Assembly (NCBI GenBank): GCA_965637545.1
Contig: OZ281494.1
Span: 7,874,001 to 7,938,000 of the forward strand
Reading direction: 5' to 3'
Source of the DNA: Phallusia mammillata
Lineage: Eukaryota
Length of the DNA stretch: 64,000 bases
Made by a program: the position numbers and the translations under genes
The notes under the pieces: generated by a model
Told to the model about the DNA's origin: nothing
The model's input: the letters and a program-made list of their open reading frames with translations, nothing else
The model's database searches: none
Part shown: one piece after another, positions 1-12,996 of the stretch
Position numbering within the stretch: position 1 is the first letter of the stretch
How the letters are laid out: each line of letters starts with the position of its first letter

Positions 1-2356
1 TATTTGTGAAGGTATCTCAAATAGTGTTACTTCCGAATTGTTGCAGTAGTCTTGTCAGTCAGGCCTGAAGTTTGGAGATGTTGGCAAGCAACATGATTGT
101 GGATTGTGTGGTAACACTCAGCAGAGGGTTAGGTATGAAAGTTCAGTTGGTTTGGGCGGAAAAATATTTGCCATTCCAAATTTTAAAATGTTACGAATAG
201 CCAAGAATGAAATAGTAATATTTTGGTCCAGAGTCTTTTTAAAACATGATTGTACTAATTTAACCAGCAGTGTAAACAAGCACGATTCACAAAGGTACCT
301 TCACGCTTCTTGTGTATACTACATGGCATTTAAATTCGCGAACAATAGGCCTGAATGACTTGAATAGGCCGTTTTCATTTTCACGGTTTTTCGCGTTTGC
401 TGTCATCAAATTTTTATGTGACGATAAAAAATATTTTTAAATCTTAAGTAAACGTAATTTAATAAACAGACATGTATATTAGGCAGTTATAAGTGTTTTC
501 GAATATGAAATGCGACTATCGTATTTTAAAGCTTTTGCCGGGTTAAGCACTAATAATACTGATTATAATCAGTCTAACGCTAAGCTAATTTCTGGTCAGT
601 TTCCCGGCCAGAAGGCCTAAACACGTGCAGCATGCAGGTCAGCGGATTTAATAACTTCCTGGATTTAGTAACAACGCCGCAGCGATATAAGGAGCGGCCA
701 ACTGGTTTGAACTGGTCGAAGGCTGGATCGGCGGCAGGCGCGCCAAGATTTGGTAACAATAATGTTTCGCAATCAGCGACATGGCAGACAAGACGTGACT
801 CGATAAGCAAACAAGTAAATCATGTGTTGTTTGCCGAAATACGCGAGCGGTTTATTACCCGGTTTGAGGTTGTTGTTCGTGCACAAGAGTTTGTGAATTA
901 TGTTTATTTGGCGCTTAACTTACATTAAAGGTTGGATTTTCTACATTTGCGAAAATTACGTATTAATTAATGTTTAACCGGTTCGTTTGTTTTTCAGGTT
1001 TTTCCTTGTTAGCAGTTGCATTAAACCATTTTGTAGGGAAAGTAGCATTAATTTCCACAAAAAATTGCTACTTACATAAGCCTTCTCAGTTCCTAATGCC
1101 TAAACTGAATAAAAAACTATTTTGCTGAATCATTCATGCTGACGTGATCCCACTGGCGGAGTGAAGCTGATACTTGATCTTTTACGTGGGAACTGAAAAC
1201 GTCCGGTGAATCAGCAGAAACCACAAAAAACGACCTTGCGGGCACATGGCATTTTGCAGATTGTTTGTCCTTCTGCTTGTAAAATCAGTAATAGCATCAC
1301 AAAACACAACATAAAATCACCGGACAAAAAACTGAAAATTTACTGCGGGATAAGCATTTAATGTTATTTGAGCTGTCAACAGTATTTTACAAATTAGAGG
1401 TTCCCTAAATGCTAAACAAAATCGCTACGCAAGGTCAAAGTTAACGGTATTAATGGGATTACAGAGTTGAAAGCCAGGGAGACTCCGAAAAGTGTTTTTT
1501 GTCTATGTTGTTTGTAAGTTGTTGGCAACTGTGTGTCTTTGTCGCAAGACTCCCTGTAGCGCTGTTGTTTGTACGGTATTAAGCACTCAATCGCGGCGGG
1601 CGCCCGGCGTGGAAAACATGTTATTTATAGCTGTAAGCGGTCGCGCAGACGACTGGGTGTTATTGCCGCTTAAACCAATATTAGACGGACTTCAAAAACA
1701 AGTTGCGCAAATTCAGATTTCGTCACATTGCCAAGTCATATTTATCAGCCGTGGAAATGGTTGCGTATAAGTAACTGCATGACGCGTATGGTTGGAATAA
1801 AGGGTCATGTTTAATTTTGTAGCAGCGTTTTTGGTAAAAACTTGTGGCAACCTTAAAACCGTGCTGGTTGTTGTTCGTGGGGTCATCGGCATTAAATTAA
1901 CATGCTTTGTCTGCATCAAAACTTGGTTTCTCTTCAGTTGTCGATAATTTTAATTAAGTAGACAAAACATATGAGATGGCTTTGTTAACAAAGGAGAAAT
2001 GTAGAGGGCCCTCAGGTCGAACACCCAGTTTACGAGGAATTCGCCCTGGGAGAGTTGAAGGCTTTTGTGCGCTTTGACTCAAAGGGCAAAAATGCGGAAG
2101 TGACGAAAAGCAAACACGTGGCTTTACACTGTTCCTTTCATTCGGTTACTGCAGGTCAACGCCAGTAAACGTATCTCACGTAACTTTCACGTGTCTGAGT
2201 CGGAGGTTACTTTAGGACGCGTGAGTAAATAGCGCGTAACAATTGGCATGAAGTTACCTATTAGATTTTTTCTTAACCAATGTGCCGTGTTTTACAGATT
2301 TGGTAATGTAAAATTGACTTTAAACTGACATTTTGTTGATAAAGCTATACATAGCA

Positions 2357-5300
2357 ATGTCTAGATCTTGCATCAACAATCTTCGTCGAACTGCTATTCT
2401 TCTTTTTGGTCTTTTTTTCCTAAAGGTAAGCAGACTAAACCTTCATTTAACAAAGGTTACTGTGCACAAGTACACGTTAAAAATAGTTTCGTCTTGTTAA
2501 TGCTTAACCCTAGCATTAGGTTTTTCGTATACTATATGATCATACAGAAACTGGTCTATTAATGTGTCTATTAAACTATTGACTTAGCCTAATTCTATTC
2601 GCACATACTGCAACTAAGTTTTGCGTCTTAAGGTTAATTCGTTAAGTAAACTATTTATTCTTTCCAGGTTACTGCAGCTGATCACAACTCTGCGGTGAAA
2701 AATCACTTCACCAATCCCTGTTCCCATCTGGGTGACGAACTGACACGATATTTAGCTGAAGATGATGATGGGATTTTGTGTTGTTTATGTCCTGAGAACT
2801 TTTACTATCATTCAGCCTGCAAGTAAGGATATTAAACCATACGAAACTCGATACCCTTGTTGCATTTTAAAGACGTAATTGCCCGTTGGTTGCAGAAATC
2901 GTGAGTTCAACACCACGGTTTGTTTGCCGTGCCCTGAAGGAACCGAAAGGAAATTTTCCACTGAAGTTCAAGGGTTAGAAATGTGCAAGCCGATTCCTAC
3001 CACAATACCCAAATCGACCACTCCACAGCCACAAAAAATGTAAGCGGTGGCAATTCAAACTCCCTTTAACGCATTTTAGGACAATTATGTTTCCTTTTCT
3101 TTGGGGACACATATTGCTTTTGTCCGTATATTTTTTTCTTTTTTCCATCTAACGCTGGGTTGTTTCACGCGTTTGGTCAGGGGATTGCTTTAACGTATTA
3201 AAATTTACACACATGTTAGGTATTATCCAAATTTGATCCTCCTAAAGTTTGACCATGACTGAACCAGCGGTTCACCCACTAACCCCCAATACTTATTTAA
3301 AAAAAACGCCTGTACTGACTAAAGTACATAATCTAGCAGTTTTATGTTTTGTTGGTTGGTGCAGTATAAGTAGTCTAAAGTATTTTGTAACCAGGGAGTC
3401 GAACCGGAACTGAACCCAAAACCGCGAACCGGTTTGAGCGGTTAATTTCATTAAACCCGAACCGAACCCGAACCGCCAATTACGATTTTCTAAAAACCCG
3501 AACCGGAGTTGAACCCTATTTTTTGTTTGGCGTTGGACCCGAACCGGAACCAGTAAAAATGCAGTCTGTTATATAATTTATACGAGAGATGACACTTATA
3601 GGGCGTGTCAAAAATAACAGTGCGCAGTCAATATTATTTTGGAGTTTGGTAAGGCCAAGTAGATAATGGGTAGAATTAAATTGAAACGAATGAAAATTTG
3701 AACTGGTTTAAAAACCGCTAACCGGTTCGAACCGGATAATTTGCCGAAACCGGAACAAAACTCAAATATACATTTTTAAAGACCTGAACAGAACCCGAAC
3801 CCTTAAAAACAAAACCAAGTAAACGCGAACCAAACCTGAACCCATTTGACAAGCGGTTCGACTCCCTGGTTGTAACTTTTAGTTAGATTCACCCATTTTT
3901 ACCCCTTACCCAGAAATATTCGTTTTTAGGTTTGCCAAGACCTTATGTGCAAAAATGCAAGACCTAATGTGCTGAAATTGTAAACAATTGTTTGTAGTGT
4001 GTTTTTAGTTTAGTATTTAAAAATTTAGCCTGATCGGTCTCGTAGTTACCTTTACAGCCCCGAATATGTAAACCTTCAGGTACTGCAGTACAGAAATCCC
4101 ACGGTAGTGAATCAACGGCGTCCGATTGCGGCGGTTTAATTTAGAATGGGAGGTTTCTGTTTGCTTCACGAATGGTCAGAGGTTTTAATAGGCTTGTTCC
4201 GGTAATTAGAAATCAGGTGTTTAGCGCAGCAATGCTATATGGTTCATTTGGTTAGCATGCGCAACTTTAGTGTAGCGAAGGTTTCATACTCGATAAACGG
4301 AACTTCGCTTTGTAACTTATGTTTCTTAACATAAAAGTCAAAAAAATAACTGGAAGAAAGCCACGGTAAACGGTCATTGTCAGCTTGACCGCTGCATGAC
4401 GAGAAGTCACAAGGTCGATTTGTTGGTGTGGCAAAACCCTGCAGAAACGATTTTTTGTCACAATGTAACTATTATAACTAAATGTAACTGTTTTAGACAA
4501 ATAAATTCGAGAAACAATACGTGTTTTGTATAAAATAGGCAAAATGTTATTGCTGAACACCAAGGACTGCCTGTATGGAAACATGTGTCAAAAGGTCGTT
4601 AAAGGTCAAAAATATCGCACCATTTTTATAGCGTAACCAATTCCCATTAACGTGTCTGTTGGGACCCATTCGTCTTTGCCTGCAAATACAATTATGTGTG
4701 CAGTTCAAACGGTGCGTAGTAAATCGGTAAATAGGATATAGAATATATAAAACGGAAAAATATAGAAAAGCCACTTTTTTAGTTTTATCCTAAAAAAGCC
4801 AACCGGGTATATTTTGCGCTATTGATAACTCCAAATGTACAGTTTTTCCGTTTTTTTGTTTAATTACATTATTAGATCCTTTAAGAAATATTAGCAAAGA
4901 CCGAAAGTTGCCAACAGTAATCAACATTCCTAATAATACTTTTTGGTTACAGAATTTCAACTGACGAACAAGATGGAAAAGACGAAACCGGAGAAAGTAA
5001 ACAACCAGAAAACAGCGTTCCAGGTATAGCTTCAATCCGTCTCGGGAACCAGCAAATGCTTTGTTTGTTATTAGTCTGACTTTAAAAATCCTTGTATTTC
5101 TTACAGGATTGATAATTGGGTTGTTGGTTGCGGTAGTAGGGATGTTGGTGATGTTTGGGTTGGTGGTTTGGTGTGTCACACAAAAACCGAATGTTGTTTC
5201 CTGCTCTGGGGTGAAGGTACAGGATAATTTGTTTTTAAGTAATAAATCACCAAACTGATTTTAAACTCGCTTTGCTAACAGAAAACCATTCCGGATGTCG

Positions 5301-6855
5301 AAGCGGGAGTTGATATGTCCAGCTCATCAGTTACAACTGGGTAAGAAGCTTAAACTAAGCGCAAGTTCTACAACATACTGTTATCATCGCTTTATTTCTT
5401 TTCCAGACACTCATCACAAACTCCAGTGAGCAACAGGCGTGATTCGATTGCGTCAACCACAAGGTTTGTAACCTTATAAGATTTTTTGTCTTAAAGCTTT
5501 GTTGATTTTAAATTTTTTGTTTTTTTAGTGCACCCCAGGAGAACCCAACAAGGAAATACGAGGTAAGGTTTTATCTTTCGTTTGACCTTTGACATACATT
5601 TTTGCAATCAGCCACCATTCCGCTATGATTAAAAAAAATCAGATTAAAAAAATAATAATAACCGCTGTCATCTTGGCGTTGTCGTTTCTCAAAGTATTTA
5701 CAGAGGGTGAAAGCTCACGTTTCTTCAGAACATTTGAGGCTTATGTTATTTAGGTTGAATTATTAAACTATGCGTCACTTTTTGCAGCAAAAACGTTTCA
5801 TAAAGTTCGATCTATTTTGCAGGTGCAATACACGCAATGTCCCACAAACGACCCTGACGTCGTCATAACCGAAAAGGGGGTTACTAACGACGGTCAAGCA
5901 ACACCAGAAAAAGTTAAAGCCATTCCACTAAGAACCGACTACCGAGAATCGAGAACAATTAGCGAAAATCCTACGGCTCCCCGGGTACAACAACCTGTCT
6001 ATAATACAGACGACAGGTTAGGAACACTACCTGAAACGAGCACAGGTCTTCCAGTAATCCGTGGTTACAACATCAACCGAAATGCGAACAGTAAGTAACT
6101 CGATTCGGTCGTATTTTGTCTCTTATAGTAAGTGTATGATCCATGTGTCTCTTGTTTATATAACTAGATCGAAGATCTCTGTAAATAGACTGGTGTAGCA
6201 TAAACTATAAAAACGTAAAATGGCCGCGTTGGCTCCAAAAATACAACATTTATGGTTTGAAAATCGTAATCAAAATTGATAATAATGCAACAAAATTTTT
6301 AGAATTCTCTGTTTTAGTTTCTTATCTGCATCTATTTTTTTTTTTACTTTTTAGTTCAAACGATTTTAAACGTATTCTTTTCCATTGGGACAACCCTTGA
6401 TGTTCCAATTACTGCATTTCAAGTCGAAGGTTTTGGCTATCGTTTCGGTCTGGTCGATGATCAAATTTGTACAGCGAAAAAAAATTCCGGTAAGTGTCAA
6501 AACAACCATTCATGATTTTATAAAACATTTAAGTGAAGTCTTCTGCCTATCGTTGTAAGGATGAGCCATATATAACTCAAGTTAACAATGTTGCTGCAAA
6601 CCTAGCATAAACCAACCAATGGGTATTGAATTATAGTCTAGTAAAGTAATTACTAAACACTACCCAACGCCGGGACTGACTTTTAATTCCTATTTTTTGT
6701 TAGTTACAGAGGGCAATGCCGCGTTTTTGTGCAAAGTTTTCAAACAAATAGTGAGCAAGAAGGGCATCCATCTTGATCTGAACGAAGTGGTAAACTTCTT
6801 CGAAGACAGTGGAATGGGACTGATTTACGATCATCTCGTCCAACAATTGGGGTGA
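2357..6855 (+). CDS. g1: TNF-receptor-like type I membrane protein with C-terminal death-domain-like region (~415 aa, 11 coding exons)
   Basis: Exons 2357-2425, 2668-2822, 2896-3039, 4953-5023, 5107-5216, 5282-5340, 5407-5463, 5529-5562, 5823-6090, 6355-6489, 6710-6855. All introns GT-AG, phases chain, total 1248 nt. Signal MSRSCINNLRRTAILLFGLFFLK; CRD NPCSHL..CCLCPENFYYHSAC|..FNTTVCLPCPEGT..C; TM GLIIGLLVAVVGMLVMFGLVVWCV; DD-like tail ..FLCKVFKQIVSKKGIHLDLNEVVNFFEDSGMGLIYDHL. Confidence 0.85.
3392..3868. mobile_element. hAT-type MITE in g1 intron 3
   Basis: 15-bp TIR CAGGGAGTCGAACCG / CGGTTCGACTCCCTG; 7/8 TSD TTTGTAAC / GTTGTAAC; many subterminal GAACCG/GAACCC motifs. Confidence 0.85.
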
Positions 6856-7819
6856 ACTGGACTGAACACCCACGGGGTATTATTACTCCAAAGTGTTACA
6901 CCTGTGGGGTCATAATATAACTCAATGATGGCAACAAACTCCACAACTGAAGGCGAAACATGGAGGCGCAAAGGTGGCAGAAAAGGTCCACGCGAACGCT
7001 TCGAGCCTTAGAGATCAAAATCTCCTATCTTGTTCAATCCCCAAAAACGAACAAGATTCAGCATCTCGTTCAGATTCAGCTGCTTCCGGGACAAAATGCT
7101 TATTCTGGCCAGGAGCTCTACAAATATTGCTTGATTCTCAATGCGTTTTCTCGTTGAGATGTGTTACTAACGCTATTTGAAAATATCGTTCCTATGTCAT
7201 CTCGTGGCCTGATTTGAATCCAAGAGCAAGTTGGACTCAAAATATCGTTTTTGTTGACGTACATGGCAATCCATCGTGATTTCAAAAACGAAATGTGCTT
7301 CTAGGCCAGCTAACTATACACAATGTGCCTTACGAAATTGCTGTATGTTTATCGCATTTACAATTTTCGTGTGTGTAGAGTGATGTTGTAAACCACTGGT
7401 AGACAAACTTTTCGCACTGCGGACCGACTTTCATATAAGTAGGGATTATGTTTTGAGTTGTAGTTTGTTGGGGCCATGAGAGTTCTACTACCGCATAAAG
7501 GTGCTGCTGTCTAGAGATGTTAGTATAGTCAATTTCATCGGCATCGTGCTTTCTATGTCCACCCCCATATATGGTATTGTTTCCGTATATTCGTCAAACA
7601 AAATCCCCGCCGCCCCTCAATTCTCACTTATCACAACTTTACTGTATTTACATGTGAGGAGTTGTTTTGAGTATTCAAACCGCTGGGCGAGTCTCAAATC
7701 CATGACCGAACCTGGACGGTGTTGGTGCAACACTGGTGCGAATTTTCATGTTTTTGAGGAATAGCTGAAAAATCTTCTGTGAAAGATTTTAGGCATGAAT
7801 TTTTGCTTTTATTCATTGT

Positions 7820-8175
7820 CCTTATTGTTTCTCCTTTTTTCTATTTATTACACAGAAAAATACATTCTTGTGTACGGATTTGCTGAAACCATTAAACTTG
7901 TGAGTGACCGTTTGTTGGGGATTTTTGGAATAAGCTAAGAAATAGAAACAAACAGTGATGCAAACAAATAATGCCCATTTTTCCATGTCAAATACGAAAC
8001 TTGCCAACAATTGCCAAGCACGTTTCCGGGTCAGGTTTACTTTAAGCAACATCAATGTTCGAACCTGTTTTTACGCAGCAAAAACTGATAAAATGGTTAC
8101 TTAACTGGGTTTCGAACTCGCGTTACCCGAGTACGAATGTCTATCAGTACTTCACAACTGCGGGCCACGCGCCTC
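7820..8175 (-). mobile_element. Probable tRNA-derived SINE
   Basis: Minus strand starts GAGGCGCGTGGCCCGCAGTTG (A-box-like) followed by GAGTTCGAAAC (B-box, plus-strand 8109-8117), then an unrelated body and an A-rich end. No full cloverleaf. Confidence 0.5.
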
Positions 8176-8861
8176 AGACATTTTGATCCAAAATTTAACA
8201 GAATCATTTAATGTTACTCGAGCGACCTCTGGCGGACCATGAGCAAATAAAAACCACCAAAACCATAAAAATTACGAAAAAATATATAAACCACCACGAA
8301 TCGACACACAGAATTTTCATTTCAAAACATTCTATTAGTGTTTTGATAAATTAATTAAGCACAGTCTTTATATGATGGCGGAAATATAAAATTATCTCAT
8401 TGGATGATGAAAAAAAGAAGGAAACAAAGAACTGACTGTAGTTCCGCTTTAGCATAATGTTGCGCAACTTTGTACAGCTCGTAACTTCTTCTAAGGTATT
8501 GGTACAACAGATATAGAGGCTAATAGAGAAGTTTTATTATAAAAAGAGAATCTTCATGCAATCAGCATATGATGAACTTGAGGAGTTAAACGATGATAGC
8601 TTTAAAATGCAAAACTTGAGCCCTGTTACGAGGAAAACATATCATGACATTAAATTATAAATTTATTGGAGTGTCTAAAATGCTTGGGTTGAAATATACA
8701 AGCGATTGTGCCTATACGCAAGTTCAGTTGTGTTGCTAAATTATATTTAAAATTCAACCATTGTTTTGCAGCAAGTTTACAATTTGGGAAAATATTTCTT
8801 GCGTGTTCAAGTTATAAGCGTTTGCAGCAGTTTCATTGAAACTGCTTCGAACCTGAGTGGC

Positions 8862-11463
8862 ATGATGTCCATTTCCCACTTCAGAGTTCAACATTGGTGG
8901 CTGCTAATTTTCCTCATGTGTATGGTAAAGGTAAGATTTTGCTATCATGAACAAATTTGTAAAACCTGATTTGTAAGGAACTTTTGGAAACTGAAATTAA
9001 TCAACTGCGATAAATTATCTCGGATAATTTTTTTTACTGGAAACAATGGTTCCTGGTAAAAGAACTAGGTTTAAAAGTTAACAAAAAAAATTAATAGCGG
9101 TATTAGAAGCAAAAAGTAAGTCACAGCCTTATTGGGGAAAGGGGATCAATATATTATTTAAAACACCCAAAAGCAACAAAAAAACAGAAATCCAAAATAA
9201 GCGGAACAAGTTCCCCTTAAGAAAGGTAGCTGTTACACAAAGCCCATAAGGACAGTTACACAAAGCCCATTGCCCCTTTTTCTTGTTTCTTCATTACCTC
9301 GCGATATACTGAACTTCACCTGAGCATGGAAATTTTGACTCGTTCGATTGATTTTCTTTAGTCGTCTTGCAATGCTGTCGAAGATGAACAGACGGTTGTG
9401 CCAACTAAGCCTCCTGGCTTCTCAACTGGCAGTGAAAAGAAACAAGACGCGCCTGATATTTCGACAACACAACAACCAACTCAATCACCCATCCATTGTG
9501 GTCAGCTTTTTTGGACTAATAATAAATCTGCTGTTATCGTTATAGTGGTGACTCTGAATATATGTTGTTCAGTATCACAGAAAAGGCAAGATGACAAAAT
9601 AAAACTGGAGCTCATACCAATTGGTTTCCTAGTTGCAATCATTATCTGTGCACTAGCGTTTATCATTGACACAAAATCTCAAAAGATTGAACCGGTAAGG
9701 AATTATTTTTATGTTCTCAAAGCCAGAATCGTAACCTCATGTCTAAAACGATTTTTTTCAAAGACATTTTGTTGTGATAATTCAATCAGTGTCGATCTGT
9801 AAATGAACTTCCTTTGATGTATAGGCCAACATCACACCGAACATTCCAGTACTGGACAATTCAACACTGAGCACATCGTTTCAGGGGTAAGTAAATGATA
9901 TCGCGAAGAAAAACCTTGCTTCAAACTAGTCAAACCACAATCAATGGCATTGCCAACCACAAATTGTAAAAGTTGGATTATCACTACTTGCTGAAGATAG
10001 TTCCATTTTATACAGTCAAAAACTGTTGGTTTTGCACAATGTTTCTTATGTTAATGGAGCCTAAAAAGTTTCTTATATTAAACAAGCCGCATTTCATAAT
10101 ATCCAAAAAGGATGAGTATCCAACCGAGTGAGATAATTTGCTGAACAATGATTCAAAATTGCTGACAAAAAAGTGAATTTCTTTACTAGACTTAAGTGTA
10201 GAGACCCTTTAATGCGTTTGGAAAGCTTCCCGCAGAACGCTCACCAGCACCCAGGGTGAAAGCCCATGGGTCTTGCAGGAGTTTTTCTAAGCGCTCAATA
10301 ATATATCGAATAGCAACATAACTTCTGATTTTATATTGCTTTGTTATACAGACCAAAACTTCAACCAGAAAGCGATGTTGACTATATATCAGCGGCACAG
10401 GACAATTTCACATCGGAGAATCCCATCAACGAAGAAGCAAGGACCAAACAAAGCCCAGTGGCAACAGTAACAGAAGGGCTGGGTTTCGACAAAGTTGAAG
10501 CCATTGGTGATGCAGAGTTTCCGGCAACAATTCGAGAACCAGGCCCACCAGAAAAAGTTATAGTTAAACAAAGTCGTGCAGAGGCAACAAACAATGGCCA
10601 GGCACCAGAGAGTGACACAGAGAGAAATCGAAAACGTAAGATTTTGATATTTTTTTTAGTGGATGTAAAATACATAGCTGTGGGTATTAAGCATAAAGTG
10701 AACTTCGTTCGGTTTGGCAAAATAAATTCGACCGGTTTTGACCACCGAGCCTTGCAACAGACTTTAAAATACCTTTCAATCCAAAAACAACAGAATGGGA
10801 GTAGTAATGTGTGGATGTATTTGAATCATGATGTTTTTTGCATGGTTTGCAATACAAAGTAGGATCTATTGTACAGTGTGCTAGGGTTGTTTTTTTCCAG
10901 GCAACTAATGTTAAAAACTTTGTTTAACAGTTGACAAAGCGGAAGGTATTTTGCTTCATCTAATGAGCATATCTGTGACGCCCATTAATGTAATGCAGCT
11001 GGCAGCTCACTTCCAAGTTTCGCTGATAAATCGCCAAAAATTGGAAAGAATCTTCGAAAAAGGTATTCTAACAGTTGTCAAACAAAACAAATGCCTATCG
11101 CGTAGTGAACAAACTGCCAATGCACCATGTACATTTCAACAAACCGTAAGCTTGAATATCCGATACGTTAAGCATAAGAAAAACATCGCCGTAACTATCT
11201 TTTATACCTTTACAATTTACATAGTGGTGCGTATATCAAAGCCTTAAGAATGTATGCAAATGCTTTATAAAGCAAGTAAAATACATAAAGGTTACATTTT
11301 ACGTACAGATCCAAATAGTGACATTCTAGTGTACCTTACGAAAGTCCTGAGGGCAATCCGTTCATCGCATGAGGACTTCAATGTTGAAATGCTGATTGAA
11401 TATTGGAAATCCAACAATATGCGTCCACTTGCGTCGCATTTGGAAGAACAAATGGGATGTTAA
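8862..11463 (+). CDS. g2: CRD-less paralog (signal, short mucin-like ectodomain, TM, death-domain-like; ~320 aa, 7 exons)
   Basis: Exons 8862-8930, 9362-9500, 9573-9694, 9825-9886, 10352-10635, 10931-11062 (132 nt), 11309-11463; 963 nt in frame. Signal MMSISHFRVQHWWLLIFLMCMVK; TM LIPIGFLVAIIICALAFII; DD-like VMQLAAHFQVS..FNVEMLIEYWKSNNMRPLASHLEEQMGC. No CRD exon seen in intron 8931-9361. Confidence 0.85.
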
Positions 11464-11921
11464 AGAGTCCCTTCGGCGCTTGGCAACGACTTAAAGCTTG
11501 AAACATGAATATGTTTGTGTTAAACCATTATATTAGAAAAAAATACTAAATTTCAAGTCATTCGATAATATTGTAACGTGACAATGCATGTGTATTAGTC
11601 TGGTAATTTACGGACAATCGGAAGTTTTAGTTAAACCATACGCCAATTTTAGTTAAAAAGATTCTGTTTAAAAAAATATTAAACTAACTACAACCATAAA
11701 GTTATTTTCGCCACATAAAAAATACCATAACTAATTATGTCTTGTACCTTAAATTGCAAATCATGGTTTGTCGGAATCAACAATTGGTTACATGCATTGC
11801 GACGTTATAGTGTGATCGAATGACCATCACCATTTTTTAGTTCCAAACATATTCTTTCGAGCTTTATGTTCGCCAAGCATATTTATATCAAGTCCAAGTT
11901 TTCAAGTGCCGAAGGGACTCT
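11464..11921. mobile_element. MITE with ~19-bp TIR, starting directly after the g2 stop codon
   Basis: AGAGTCCCTTCGGCGCTTG ... CAAGTGCCGAAGGGACTCT (1 mismatch); no clear TSD, superfamily unassigned. Confidence 0.75.
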
Positions 11922-12996
11922 ATTTTTTGACGAGATTAAGATTTAGGGTTTGTTTTGGTTTCAAAGCTTGGATTCCTCGACGTTATTGTTGAGGCATATT
12001 TATCTAACGAGGTTCCCTATTTCTCAAGACTTGCGTTGTAGCAAATAGGGACCAGGTTAGGTTGAATTGCTATATGCTTTTTATCATTGTGTAATGACAT
12101 ATTATCTTTATTTGCAAGGGCAAATAATATTTGCCAAGTCAAATAATATACTACAAAAGTGAAATACTTTTACTGCGCTTAAACGTTTGATTTTTTTCTT
12201 TAAAACTTTCATTTGTTCTAGTGCAGCTACATTAAACAGGGCAAGTAACACAAGGCCAAGATATTGAAAAACTTGGCACTAGTGTGAAACCCATACTATT
12301 ATTATGAATTTTTCTACATATTCAGCTGCTGAAACTTTTTGTCTCGTCATTAGGTTTAGCAGATTGAAAATGTTTTGAATTTCACCTTGTTTTGTACGTT
12401 GATTTGAAAAACGTCACTCGAGGTTATTTCTCCCACTTGTAAAGTCGCTGAGTGAAAAATCTCAAACGCGGCATTTTCCCGAAAGGGACACGTATTGTTA
12501 TCATACGTTTCAACGTATTGTTTTCATACGTGCTTTATGCGGAAGTGTCCAATCTGGGGTTAAGAAATCGTGGTTGAAACTGGTTTATGTTTTGTTGCAT
12601 ACATTGTATATATACATTAAAAGTTTTGTAAATTTTTGACCTGGTAAACCACAGCCCCTAAGCCTCACCATTTCCAAAGTACAATCACTGTTACCGAGTA
12701 AACAGTTTAACTGACTTTTAAGAAAGCCACCTATAACATTTGAGCTAATGTTAAACCAATTGAGGTTGTGCTGCAAGCCTGCAACATATACAATAGTAGG
12801 CTGTTTTGAAAGAAACAGGTGCTATTTGCAAATGTTCGCATGTCAGAAATACATGGTGCAGAAATGCAATTCCCTTGTATATTACTCGACTAAATCGTAT
12901 AAATATCTTTGTATTGCCCTATTGTACTGATTGTGTAGCGATAATGAAGAACACGTATGGATAAATAAAATTTACGACACCGTGTATGGATTATAC

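Noticed and set aside
580-928. GC-richer segment with ORFs on both strands
   Set aside because: Could be a promoter or first exon of a neighbouring gene, but no recognisable protein motif or consistent splice pattern.
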